Positions 39,976 through 52,525 of a stretch of 64,000 nucleotides of DNA are shown piece by piece. Made by a program: the position numbers and the translations under genes. Each line of letters opens with the position of its first letter. The first letter of the stretch is position 1. The DNA is taken from positions 124,560,001 to 124,624,000 of the forward strand of contig NC_086097.1 of assembly GCF_963921235.1 (NCBI RefSeq), read 5' to 3'. The stretch comes from Mobula hypostoma (taxonomy: Eukaryota). A model generated the notes under the pieces. It was not told the DNA's origin. It ran no database searches and saw only the letters and a list, made by a program, of their open reading frames with translations.

Positions 39976-40947
39976 GTTCAAATAAATAGTGATAGTTTTT
40001 TAAAATAAAAATTACATCCTAATGACATTAATTCTTCTCCAAGTTGGCATGCTTAACAAGTATTTTAAAATAAGCTATTTAATAAGCCAAGTATTGAATA
40101 AAAGGCTGGTGGAACTCTGTGGGTGAGGCAACAGCTGAGGAGAGAAATGGACGGTCGATGTTTAGGGTTTAGACCCTTCATCTGGATGCTCAACCATTTA
40201 GGAACAGCTCCCCTCCCACCCCCACCACCACCCAACATCAGATTTCTGAATGGTCCACAACCCATGAACACTATCACATAATTTTGATTTGTTTTTGCAC
40301 TACTTATTTATTTTTTAAACACCCAGCGACCACTTTATAAGGTACACCTGCTCATTAATGCAATGACTAATCAGCCAATCATCAGGCTCAATACAGTTGT
40401 TGTTCATGCCAAACATCAGAATGGGGAGGAAATGTGATCCAAGTTACTTTGGCTGTGGAATGGTTGTTGGTGCCAGATGGGGTAGTTTGAGTATCTCAGA
40501 AATTGCTGGTCTCAAAAAAAAAAATTGAGTGGCAAATCTCCGGTTCAAGCTGACAGGAAGGTGATACCAACTTACATAACTATGAATAACAACAGTGGCG
40601 TGCAGAAGAGCATCTCTGAATGCACAACATGTTATACCTTGAAGTGGATGGGCTACAGCAGTAGAAGACCATGAATGTACACTCAGTGGCCACTTTTCTG
40701 GAGTTACAGAAGTTACTTAATAAAGTGTTCACTGAATGTATTCCTTAGTTTCTAATAGGTGGAATGAACAAGCTATCAGTGTAGAGCAGAAAACTTCAGA
40801 ATTCTGAAAATACTTCACTAAAGCAATCATTTTACTGAATATACACTGAAGATATCCAATATGACTAGGAAGCATAGAAACAGAAAAATACAATGAAAGA
40901 ATTATCCATTTTAGAAATTGCTGCCGAAAAAAGTACGCTTTACCTAC

Positions 40948-41035
40948 CTTTTCCTGATCATTATTCTGCTGTTTCCATTCTGCGGGCTCCATAGTCTCAC
41001 ATATGGCAACTCAAAGGCATGCACATTTCTCAGCA
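40948..41035 (-). other. Candidate upstream exon with ATG (MEPAEWKQQNNDQEK, 40992-40948)
   Basis: Non-repetitive segment; pyrimidine tract plus cag acceptor; AAG|gtaggt donor in phase 0. Confidence 0.35.
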
Positions 41036-41289
41036 CTGCTCCAAGATAATGAAAAAATAGTCACAACCATGTCTTTTTCTATATATATCATAATACTTTG
41101 AAATGGTATCAATGGGAGTCTATAGAGGAAGAATGGAGAAGTGGGGCATATAGATAACATAAACAATGAAAGAAGGCACATTAGGCTCAGTGGAAAAACT
41201 GGAGGCCACATACCACCTAACGAAACACATCCTCAACAGCTCGAATTAACTGTTCTTTCACCCATTAAACTTCAGAAAATTTTTAAAGT

Positions 41290-41740
41290 TCAACGTAAAT
41301 TTTATTATCAAAGTAGATATATGTTACCATATAAAACCCTGAGATTCATTTTCTTGTGAGCATCTCAACAAATCTATAGAATAATAACTATAACACGGTC
41401 AATGAAAGACTGCCCAACTAGGGCATCCAATCAGAGTGCAGAAGACAACAAACTGCAAATGAAAAAGAAAAAATAATATGAATAAATAAGTAATAAATAT
41501 TGAGAACATGAAACAAAGTGTCCTTGAAAATGAGTCCACCGGTTGTGGGAACATTTCAACGATGGGGCAAGTGAAGTTGAGTGAAGCTACCCCCTTTTGT
41601 TCAAGAGCCTGATGGCTGAGGGGTAGTAGTTGTTCCTGAACCAGGTGGTGCAAGTCCTGAGGCTCTTGAACTTTCCTGATGGCAGCGAGAAGATAGCAAA
41701 TCATGGGTGGTGGGGGTCCCTAATGATGGATATTGCTTTC
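41290..41740 (-). mobile_element. Rex/Babar LINE 3' end
   Basis: RTCTTWFRNNYYPSAIRLLN coding remnant plus 3'UTR. Confidence 0.7.
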
Positions 41741-42397
41741 CTAGGGCAGCTTTTCTTTTTTTCTGATTTACAGCATAATGATCTCTAGAAATCATGCGCA
41801 GAACATATCGTTTGAACATTGGTCATTTGTCAGTCTTGTTTATGTATAGTCTTCCATAAATTCTAATGTACTTCTTTATTTCCTGTAAATGCCTACAGGA
41901 AAATAAATGTCAAGGTAGAATATGGTAACATATGCTTACTTTTATTTCCCCTTGGGAGGTCTTAGTCACTCTTTCAATGAACAATAAATGCTAATGTGCC
42001 TCAGGAAAGGGAAAATGACAATCTATTACATCAATAAAAACTAACTCAGTTCAATGGATAAACTTCATTGTGGTTTGCTGATTACAACTCTACACAAGAC
42101 AAAGGAACAGAATTAGTCTATTTGGCCCATTGAATCTGCTTTCCCATAACCGCATCTGATCACAGCAAACCATCTTGATGGACCTCTCTCCCAATTCCGA
42201 GATGTTAAATGGCTTAAACACTGGGAAGGGATTGATTTTATTAACGTTATCAAAATTATCATTGAAGATTTAAAGTGACCTTATGTACAGACATACATTT
42301 GGGACACTCAGTATTTCAGTTTGAAATCCAAACTCAACACTGGGTTCAGATCGAAATAATTCAGATGATGGAAAACTGAAAACAACAAGAAAAATTA

Positions 42398-42815
42398 TAA
42401 ACACAAGAAATTCTGTGGATGTTGGAAATCTAGAGCAACACAAACACTCAATGCTGGAGGAATTCAACAGGTCGGGCAGCATCCATGAAGAGAATAAACA
42501 GTCAGCATTTCGGGCTGAGACCCTTCATCAATACTGGGAAAAGGAACAGGGAAGAAGCCAGAATAAGAAGGGAACGGGTATAAGCTGGCAGGTGATAGGT
42601 CAACCAGGCGAGGGTTGGGTAGGTGGGATGAAGTGAGAAGCTGGGAGGTGATCGGTGAAAAAGATAAAAGGCTGAAGAAGGAGTCTGATAGTAGAGTAGA
42701 GTGGACCATGGACTGTGGGAGAAAGGGAAGGATGGGCACCAGAGGGAGATGATGGGCAGGTGAGGAGAAGAAGTAAGAGGGAAGTTAGAATAGGGAATGG
42801 AAAAGGGGGCTGGGA
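42398..42815 (-). mobile_element. Penelope-derived terminal fragment (similar one at 52345-52782)
   Basis: Same arm sequence as 12988 and 44596, with purine-rich extension. Confidence 0.75.
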
Positions 42816-43810
42816 CAGAATAAAAAACTGTTGGAAACACTCAGTCACACAGCTTCTGGGAAGAGAGAAGGAAATTTAACTTCTCAGATCAAAGAGTTTT
42901 CATCATAATCCAACATCATTTCTAAGTAGTCTGTATGTCCTCTCCATGGAATGTGTGGTTTTCCCTGGTGCTCAAGAATCCTCCTGCAGTCCAAAGATGT
43001 ACTGTTTATCAGGTTAATTGGTCATTGTAAATTGTCCCATAATTAGGCTAAAGCTAAAATTGGACGTTGCTGGGTGGTGTGGCTCAAAAGGAGCCTGTTC
43101 CACTGTGTTACAGTTTGTGTGCTAGGGGAAAGAATAGTGAAGGCTAATAACTAATAAATAGGGGTGTGAGTTCTGCTAACATGGGAACAAAGAATGACAG
43201 ATGAAAGCAGAAACATGTAATACAACAGTGATGACACCCAAGTTTCAGGAACCTCACCAATTATGTTCTAGTGTGCAGCCTTTGTTATAACAGAAAATTG
43301 GAATTACTGTTAGACCTGCGGATAATCATTTTATTCTGTAATCAGGACCTGGTCTGTTACTTAATTAAGTCTTCCCGTTATTCTGTTGCCATTCTGTTAT
43401 CAAAATGTAGTTCCACTGGTAATCTCGTCAACTGAGAATGTAAAAGCTCTAGCATATTCATGCTCAGGTAGATCAGCTGTGACTGGTTTCTAGGTGCTCA
43501 CCTGATTTTCTTTTAAATAAACCCTCCTGTTATTTCGAATACCAACTCCGTGTTATCTTTCAGTTTGCTCCTACAACATGCAATAATTTCCCCAGTAACA
43601 GTGTAATAAGCGCGGTCACCCATTGTATTACACCCTTCATTTGGAAGTGCATCGAACATTGGAAAATGCTTCAATAAACACAAGAAACTTGCAACTGGAA
43701 GCTATATCCCTGGAAAATCATATTCCATTTCAGGGAGAATGAAAAAGAATTTAATAAGTGTGGTGCTGCGAGAAAACTGACCACACTTCAGAATTTCCAG
43801 GCCTTCAGTT

Positions 43811-43846
43811 AGTCCTGACGAAGGGTCTCGGCCTGAAACGTCGACT
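43811..43846 (+). ncRNA. Minimal type I hammerhead ribozyme motif (Penelope-associated)
   Basis: AGTC CTGACGA AGGGTCTCGGCCT GAAAC GTC GACT: intact core, stem I AGTC/GACT, stem II GGG/CCT. Confidence 0.75.
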
Positions 43847-44474
43847 GCGTCTCTTCCTATAGATGCTGCCTGGCCTGCTGCGTTCACCAGCAACTTTGAT
43901 GTGTGTTGCTAGAATTTCCAGGCCAGTGGCTGCTGAATGAAAGAACTTCCATTTGCATGGGGTAGCGATAATATATTTTGGGATTGTATAAAATGTCTGA
44001 CAGATATTTTATCCAAACAATTATTGTTTGGATAAATCTTGGCTGAGGCATTGAACAGCTGATTAGATGGGGTCATACAGAGTTGATTCATGGAAACAGG
44101 AAATTAGGACAATCTAGTCTGCTCTGTCTATCAAGCCTCCGCTTTTAGATTAGGGTTGGTGTAAAAACCAAACCTGACCTAAAGCATTTATTCTCTCCAC
44201 ATCCTCATCAATTCAGACTGAATTCTGCCAGTCAACAGCACATTAGAGGTAAACCTGGGTTAACTGGCCACTATAGTCATGCAGTCATGGGGTGAGGGGG
44301 AACTGGAGGGAGAGGAGCAGGGGAAGGAGAAGTTGAGGGGGCGAGGGCAAGTGAGGGAAATAGACAAAGAAACATTGCACCATTTGTGAATGTCTTCCAC
44401 CTCTCAAGTAGATGCTTCTCACATTAGTCCACCACCGGACTGCCTTATGGAGTGAAATTGAATTTGGAACTCAC

Positions 44475-44565
44475 CACAGTATCCTCCTTCAGCAAGTTCA
44501 CAAACGAGATACAAGGTGAAATATTCCAAAAGGTGCCTCGGTAGTTCAGTTTTCTGGGCTGCAAT
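44475..44565 (-). other. Candidate 5' exon (91 nt)
   Basis: atttgcttttaaaag acceptor and GTG|gtgagt donor in non-repetitive DNA. Confidence 0.4.
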
Positions 44566-44595
44566 CTTTTAAAAGCAAATCACCTCATTACTGAA

Positions 44596-45272
44596 GAAAA
44601 ACAACAGGAATTCTGCAGAAGCTGGAAATTCAAGCAACACACAAAGTTGCTGGTGAATGCAGCAGGCGAGGCAGCATCTCTAGGAAGAGGTGCAGTCGAC
44701 GTTTCGGGCCGAGACCCTTCGTCAGGACTAACTGAAGGAAGAGTGAGTAAGGGATTTGAAAGTGGGAGGGGGAGGGGAGATCCAAAATGATAGAAGAAGA
44801 CAGGAGGGGGAGGGATGGAGCCAAGAGCTGGACAGGTGATTGGCAAAAGGGATACGAGAGGATCATGGGACAGGAGGTCCGGGAAGAAAGACAAGGGGGG
44901 GGGACCCAGAGGATGGGCAAGGGGTATATTCAGAGGGACAGGGGGAGAAAAAGGAGAGTGAGAGAAAGAATGTGTGTATAAAAATAAATAACAGATGGGG
45001 TACGAGGGGAAGGTGGGACATTAGCGGAAGTTAGAGGTCAATGTTCATGCCATCAGGTTGGAGGCTACCCAGACGGAATACAAGGTGTTGTTCCTCCGCT
45101 TCATCTTTACAGTAGAGGAGGCCGTAGATAGACATGTCAGAATGGGAATGGGATGTGGAATTAAAATGCGTGGCCACTGGGAGATCCTGCTTTCTCTGGC
45201 GGACAGAGCGTAGATGTTCAGTAAAGCGGTCTCCCAGTCTGCGTCGGGTCTCACCAATATATAAAAGGCCAC
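44596..45272 (-). mobile_element. Penelope-like element 3' part (GIY-YIG fragment)
   Basis: CGLLYIGETRRRLGDRFTEHL...QPDGMN; closely similar to 12988-13650. Confidence 0.92.
44694..44729 (-). ncRNA. Minimal type I hammerhead ribozyme motif, perfect consensus
   Basis: Reverse complement reads AGTC CTGACGA AGGGTCTCGGCCC GAAAC GTC GACT. Confidence 0.8.
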
Positions 45273-45650
45273 AGCGTCTGTTTCATTCTGGAGAGCAGGC
45301 GCGCTCTCTTCCTTTAGCGAGTGTCTCCAGCTGCCCCGAGTAGCGGGCGAGGGGGTCCCGTCAAACCGCCCCCGGGCCCAAGTCCACACCGCGTGGAAAT
45401 TGAAAAGCCGGCACGCGCGCCGCCCCAACCGCCGCTTCCTTAACAGAAATCTCGTTAATATTTTTACTTCAAATACATTCTTATGAACTTACGGCGTTGC
45501 TTCTATAATGTTTCTTTGTGGGTAGAAGCGGAGCTCTTCGCCATCATGCTGCAAGCATGGCACCCACCTTCACACTTTCCACAACCGGAGGTTACGCATA
45601 AGACGCGACGAAACCGGAGGTGACGTCATCGCATGCCGCGATATACCAGA
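45270..45650 (-). promoter_or_regulatory. CpG-rich promoter candidate and first exon (donor gtaagt at 45492-45487)
   Basis: Local CpG enrichment in non-repeat DNA; GC boxes (ccgcccc); perfect CRE TGACGTCA at 45621-45628 overlapping ETS-like ACCGGAGGT; second ACCGGAGGT at ~45584. Confidence 0.6.
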
Positions 45651-45789
45651 GACAATAAATATACCTTTGTTATACTGTAACTTAATTATCAACCTTTAAC
45701 TTTAACTAGAAAATAATTACAAACAAATCACTTAAAGCGTAGACCCAACAAAGTCAAATAAATACCTTAAGGGCAACACAGGGCCTGTA

Positions 45790-46960
45790 TATAACTGCCA
45801 TCAGGGTCCTTCTACCCTTGCAGTTTCTTAACTCAACCCACAAGGATTTAATATCTTCCGATCCTATGTCACATCTTCCTACTGACTTGATGCCATTCGT
45901 TACCATTAGAGCCACACTACCCACCTCTGCCTACTCCCTCCGATATAATGTGTAACCTTGGACATTCAGCTCCTAACTACAACCACCCTTCAGCCACAAT
46001 TCAGTGATGGCCACAACATCATACCTGACAATCCGTAATAGTGCAACAAGATCATCCATCTTATGTCGTATACTCTCTGCATAGAGATATAACACTTTGA
46101 ATACTGTATTTGCTACTCTTTTTGATTCTGTGTCCCTAAATGATTTGGGTACAGCTTCTTCTCAACTGTGATAAGACTGCTGAATGGATCCTGACCCGGA
46201 TCTGGGCCGTACCCTCCAGACATACGGGCCTGCCTCTCGGTTTTTTTGCATTACCCTACTTTCCATTTTTCTATTTTCTATTTATGATTTATAATTTAAA
46301 TTTTTAATATTTACCAATTTTACTATTTTAATATTTAATATTTGTAATTCAGGGCGTGGGAAGCGCAGCACCAAATATCACTGTGATGATTGTACGTTCT
46401 AGTATCAATTGTTTGGCGACAATAAAGTATAAGTAATGCATTGATACTCACCCTTCTGGCTGCAATGTTGTCCTATCATCTGCCTGCCCTTCCTGACAAT
46501 CTGACTGCACTCTATCTGTGCTCTTTTATCATCCACCCTATCCTGAGTTCCTTCATTCCAGTTCCCATCCTCCTGCCAAGTTAGTTTAAACCCTCCCTGC
46601 CAGCTCTAACAAACCTACCTGCAAGAATATTGGTCCCTCTCAGGTTCAGGTGCAACCCATCCCTTTTGTACAGCTCATACCTCCCCTGGAAGAGATCCCA
46701 ATAATCCAAGAACCTGAAGCCCTACCCCTGCACCAGCTCCTTAGCCACACATTTATCCACCAAATCGTCCTACTTCTGCATTTGTATCTTCGCTGATGCG
46801 TGGCACAGGTAGCAATCTAGAAATTTCTAACCTGGAGGTCCTGCTTTTCAGTTTTCTGCCTAGCTCTCTAAATTCTCTCTTCGGGACTTCTTTACTTTTC
46901 CTTCCTATGACATTCACCCGGCTGCTCGCTCTCCCTCTCTGAAATACTGTGGACGCGATC
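45790..46960 (-). mobile_element. CR1 LINE 5' region (ORF1 esterase end and endonuclease start)
   Basis: GLHLNLRGTNILAGRFVRAGREGLN*; YDVVAITELWLK endonuclease motif. Confidence 0.8.
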
Positions 46961-49900
46961 CAAAAAGAGCTGTCACCATCATATCATGTATGCAGCAAGA
47001 TGTGGCGCATGTCAATCAACACAGTCTTAAATGATCCCAAGGCTAAATAGTTCATAACCATCACAGACTCCACGGGGAGAGCAGACTAAACACAAGTCGG
47101 TATGTCTCCATTTGTCAAGCTCTTGTTGCAGGCAATGACAAACATCAGCGACCATCCCAAAACTTTGCCTTCGGAATATCTTCCTTTGCAAACAAATAGG
47201 AGCTTATCGCGCAGAAGACTGTTGGTGGTGACGAATCGGCAGATAGGAGGGAAATTGAAATTGAAAATTCGGTTGAATGGTGCGACAATAACAACCTCGC
47301 ACTCAAAGTCGGCAAAATCAAAGGGCTGATTATCGACCACAGGAGGAAAGGGGTGGCCAAAGGCACCAGCCACCAAAACCTAAACCTAAGAGGAGGCAAA
47401 AACAAAAAAATGGAAGTGGATCCACATCACCCTCCCAGTCTTTCTCCCCCTGTGGGACTCTTTCCTAGGATCCTAAATGACGGGCTGCCGGAAGCTCCTA
47501 TTATGGATATAGCAATGGCCGCCGCACAACATAAAGGAGCCCGGCAGCTGCAAGGACAAATACGATTGTCTCAGTCCCATTGCGGGAACCAGTTTCCCTC
47601 ATATGGACAGGTTTCCCCATCCAGTGTTTCGAGCACAGGGGGTCCGTCTGCACCCATGGAACGGGAACAGTCAGCAACTGCGGACATGACACAGGGTGGA
47701 GGGATGCAAACGCGGTCACAGACCGGGAGACTACAGGCTACGGAGCAGGTGGCAGGACCTAGCGACAGCTAGCGGGAAAGTGAGCTACCTGACAAGTACA
47801 ACCCATACGCGGGTACAGTACCCCGAATAATGATGGGAGATATACCGATCCTCAAGCCCCGGACCTCTGCGGAAACTGGGAGTATGATCAACGACTCCCT
47901 TAACCCCATCAGGAAACCTGTCGCGTTCCACAATGGTTTAGTAATGGAATGTTTAACCCTTTACCCTGAGATGTGCAGCGACTCCTGCGGGTCTCCTGTG
48001 GCATCGCCTGGTCCGCCCTCAAACAACGCTGTACCCCCGGGGAGCAAATGGCGATTGGGTCCCGAGTGAAGGTGGAGGTGACGTCAACTTCAGTATGCAG
48101 ACATGGTCAGAACGGGCCAAAGAGACAATCCTAGCAGGGCCCAGACAGCATAGTGATTCTGGGAAGGTCGCCAGATGTCAACAGAAAAAGGATGAGCCCG
48201 TAACAGATTTCATTTCCTGGTTTAAAGAGGCGTGGGAAAATAGTGCAGGAATACAATTGGAACGGGATGGACCTTTGGTATTGGCGGTGCAAACCTTTTT
48301 AAACTGTTTGCCCGAATTGAAATTTTCTAACCTGGAGTGACAGAATAAGACATGGGAAGAAGTCTAATTAACGCGGGACGCAATGGATTGTTTAAAAGTA
48401 CTGGGGAAGCGAAGGGGCAATGTGTTTAGCAGGAAAGAGGGCGTAATGAAGGAAGAGGTCGCAGGAGTGGAAATGGGGGAGGAAGAGAAAGAAAGAAGGA
48501 TAAAGATCAGGATGCATGCTATCATTACGGGAGAAAGGGACACTGCGCACGGGAGTGTCGCACCCGTTCTGAGGGAAATAGCGGAGATGAGAGAGAGAGA
48601 GAGACTCTTTGAATATAGAAACATAGAAACATAGAAAATAGGTGCAGGAGTAGGCCATTCGGCCATTCGAATATACACTCAGAGTAATCCCTTTTCCCAG
48701 GATCAGCAATGGGGCTGGGCGATTCAGGCTGCAATGACCAGACTTTCTACAAGACCCGTAAAAGACCCCATAGCCGAAATACAAGTAGGCCCAGAGAAGG
48801 GTGCAAGTCCTGACCGATTCCGGCGCTACCTTATCGTCCGTATCCCCCTCTGTGGACTTGCCAAAGGGAGGGGAAAATGTTAAGGCTGTGGGGATAGGTG
48901 GGATCCCCATCATAGAGCCTTTATACGGATCTGTTAATATTAAATTGGGAGACCACACGGTACAAGAATCATTTGCAGTGGCCCGAAAGTCACCCGTCAA
49001 TATATTGAGTCGAAGAGTTTTGGGCGAACTACAGACGGCTTGTACCTCGAGTTGCCTGACCCCAATGCGCCACGATTTCAGGCAATGAATTAACGCAATC
49101 TGTGAATCAAAAGGAGTCGCCTGTCCTATGTAGTTGGCAGATAAAGGGGATTCCCTGTGAAAATATATACTGCAATCCGTAATTGAAAATGAAACCACAT
49201 CGGGGGACTTTTTGGTGGGGCTAATTACCAATTACTAAGGAAATTACATTGCACAGCTGCTTTCCGGTTTCCTGATGTTGATGATGGATACAAGAGAAAA
49301 AAAACCGTGGCTCAAGACAGAGAGATTTATAATCTGTGCTTTAAGGCCAAATATTTTTAGCCCCGAAGGGATGGCCGCCGGAATGCAGCCCCCTTCTCAG
49401 ATAAATTACTTCCCGGGTGGAGACCATGTACCGCCGGGTCTGATGGTGAAGTGCTTAAAAAAGCAAACTCGGGGCACCTTCTGTTGGCGTAGCCTCTTTT
49501 GGTCCCGGTAGTGGAGTGATAGTGACAAATCTTCTTAAGACTCTCCCTTCCAGGATCCCTTGTATCTTTAGACGGGAAAGCCCAACCCCTCTCGTCAGTA
49601 TGACTCTCCACTTCGACTGAAAGAAGCCGACCCGTTCTTGCGGGTATTGCACAGTCCTGTGGGTCTGGTTTCCTCTGCGGCACCTCACCGTGTCACACTA
49701 AAGAGAAATGTGGGACCCCCACATTGCCAATCCCAAAACTGGGCAGGCCGGACGCATGGCGGTTTATGCAAGATTTGTGGGCTGTCAACCAGGTAGTACA
49801 GCCCATTTTCCCCGTTGTACCGGACACAAACGCCATTTTGGCCTCTATACCACCCGAATCTGGATGGTACGCGGTTATTAACCTCTGCTCCGCCTTCTTC

Positions 49901-50747
49901 TCGGTCCCTTTGCACGAGGACAGTCAATACCTATTCGCCTTTACGTATAATGGACAGCAATACACTGGACGAGTTTGCCTTCGGGATGCACTGGGAGACT
50001 AGCGGTACTGTATATGGAGCTGCCGTGCGGGGCGAACTGAATACATTACTGTTACCAGGCACTACTGTCGGTTTACAATATGCTAGCCACCAAGCCAATG
50101 GCGATTTCCAGAAAGACCCTGAAAGTGTAACGCTGGTACACCACCAGCCAGCCCGTGGACACCGAACTTCAATATCTAAGTGACAGTTCTGCCAAATGTC
50201 TGCTACCTGTTTGGGCTGTGTCCTGCGGCAAGGCACTAGAAGACTTGGTCCTGAAATCCGCAATCGTACTAATTTTTTTTAGAAAACCAGTTGCTTGCAT
50301 TGCTCGGGATGACAGATTACTGTCGATATTGGGATCCTGAATACCGAGCCTATGATGCTATGATACGCTCAGCTATATACAGGACGCACCGTCTCAAAGC
50401 CAGTGGAGCCCGGAAATGAAACAGGCGCTTGAGGCTCTGAAGAACGAACTGCTCCACGCACCGATCTTGGGCACTATTGGCTACTCCAAATCCTTCCAGT
50501 TACATACTAGTGAAAAGGAGCGATTTACCCGCGCTATGCTGACTCAGGAACACGGCGGCTTGAAAAGACCGGTGGCATATTGCTCTACTCAATTACCACC
50601 CGTGGTACGTGGTTGCCTACGAGCTGTAGCGGTGACAGCAGTGATGGTTCAATGATAGTGCCTATAATATTGGACCATTCCTACACAGTGTTGACTCCTC
50701 GCGCGGTAATGCTGCTCCTCAGTTCTGCAAGAACACATACTTTACAG

Positions 50748-52100
50748 CATTGGTCCCCAACCACCGGGCCGCGGACCGGTACCGGACGGCAAACCACGTG
50801 CTACCTGGCCGTGAGGAAATGATATGATTTTGGCGATAGGAGTCAGCTGCACCTTTCCTCATTCCCTGTCACGCCCACTGTTGAGCCATTACGCACGCGA
50901 GGTCAGTAGGCACGCGTCATCCATGTCAGCGCGGGGAGGAGATCAACTCCTCGAGCTTGCAAATGACGGCGGGCTGAAAATACATTTGACATAACATCAC
51001 TGCTGGCATTCTGGGTCAAAGTCAAGGCTAAATATCCTGAGATAACCACGAAAGCATTGAAAACGTTGCTTCCATTTCCAACATATTTCTGCGAAACGGG
51101 GTTTTCTGCAATGAATGCAAAGAAAACTAAATTGCGGAATACACAGGACATAAGGAACCCCCTTCGAATATCGCTGTCTCCCATCACCCCTCGATAGGAC
51201 CGTCTTGTTGCAGGGAAACAAGCCCAGCCAGGATTCAGCAATATTAGCGTGTTGCAATCATTTTATATGTTCACACGAAGAAAATATGTGCTGTGTGCTT
51301 AATATCCAAATGTTACTTAAAATGTTATGATGCTATTGAATTATAAGTGACTTATAATTGACTTATCACTATATTTATGCCAGAAAAACATGCTCTGTGT
51401 GCTTAATAATAAATTCGTAAGATAAATCCTTTTAGAAACGAAATTGAGTGTATTCGCCACTTATAAGTGACTTATCGTTGACTTATCACCTATATTCTGG
51501 TTGTGATTAACACCCCCCACCCCAGGGTTGCCAACTGTCCCGTATTAGCATGGACATTCTGTATATTGGGCTAAATTGGTTTGCCCCATACAGGATCGCC
51601 CTTGTCCCATATTCCACTAGAGCGCTCCTATGAAAACGTTCGTACTGAAATGGCGTAAAGCAAAGAAGTAATTACCAGTAATTTATATGGGAAAATTTTT
51701 TTAGTGTTCCGAGACCCAAAAAATAACCTACCAAATCATACCAAATAACATGTAAAACCTAAAATAACACTAACGTATGGTAAAAGCAGGAATGAGATGA
51801 TAAATACACAGCCTATATAAAGTAGAAATAATATATGTACAATGTAGTTTCACTGAACAGAATCGCCAAAAATGATTTGTAGAAAATAAATCGGCACGTA
51901 CACACATGCGCACACAGGTGCCTGCACAAGGCTTCATGGTCATGGTAGTCTTTCTCAGGGTAAACACAAGTGTCCCGAATTTGACTGTTACTCTTGTCCG
52001 TTGGCAACCCTACACCCTACCCCCACCCCGGTCGGCCGGTCAGCAAGAATATTGTCAATATTAAACTGGTCCACGGTGCAAAACAGGTTGGGGACCCCTG
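50748..52100 (+). mobile_element. hAT-Charlie non-autonomous element, 8-bp TSD CTTTACAG; nested hAT MITE at 51523-52012
   Basis: TIRs cattggtccccaacc / ggttggggacccctg; dimerisation-domain remnant LLPFPTYFCETGFSA; inner TIRs agggttgccaac / gttggcaaccct. Confidence 0.92.
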
Positions 52101-52481
52101 CTTTACAGCAGCAAGGCTAACAGGGTATGAGGTCACGTTACTATCAAGGCTGAATTTGATTTTTAAAAGAGTTACCCACCTTTAATCCAGACACCCTTGT
52201 TCCTATTCACAGTGACCCTGAACGACATGACTGTGGAAGGCACTAGCTCCCCTCTTCCTGATTTGAGATCTACCCCTTTAGATAACCTAGATCTGATTCT
52301 TTTTACTTGTGGTTCATCGTGTAAACCTAATGTTGGTGAGACATTAACAAGGGAAAATCTGCAGATGCTGGAAATCCAAGCAACACACTCATAATGCTGG
52401 AGGAATTCTGCAGGCCAGGCAGCAGAGTATCTATGGAAAAGGGAACGGTCAACGTTTCAGGCCGAAACACTTCATCAGGAC

Positions 52482-52525
<44 letters not shown>

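Noticed and set aside
43264..43578. Possible small solo LTR (TGTT...AACA, aataaa)
   Set aside because: 5' end ambiguous and no TSD found.
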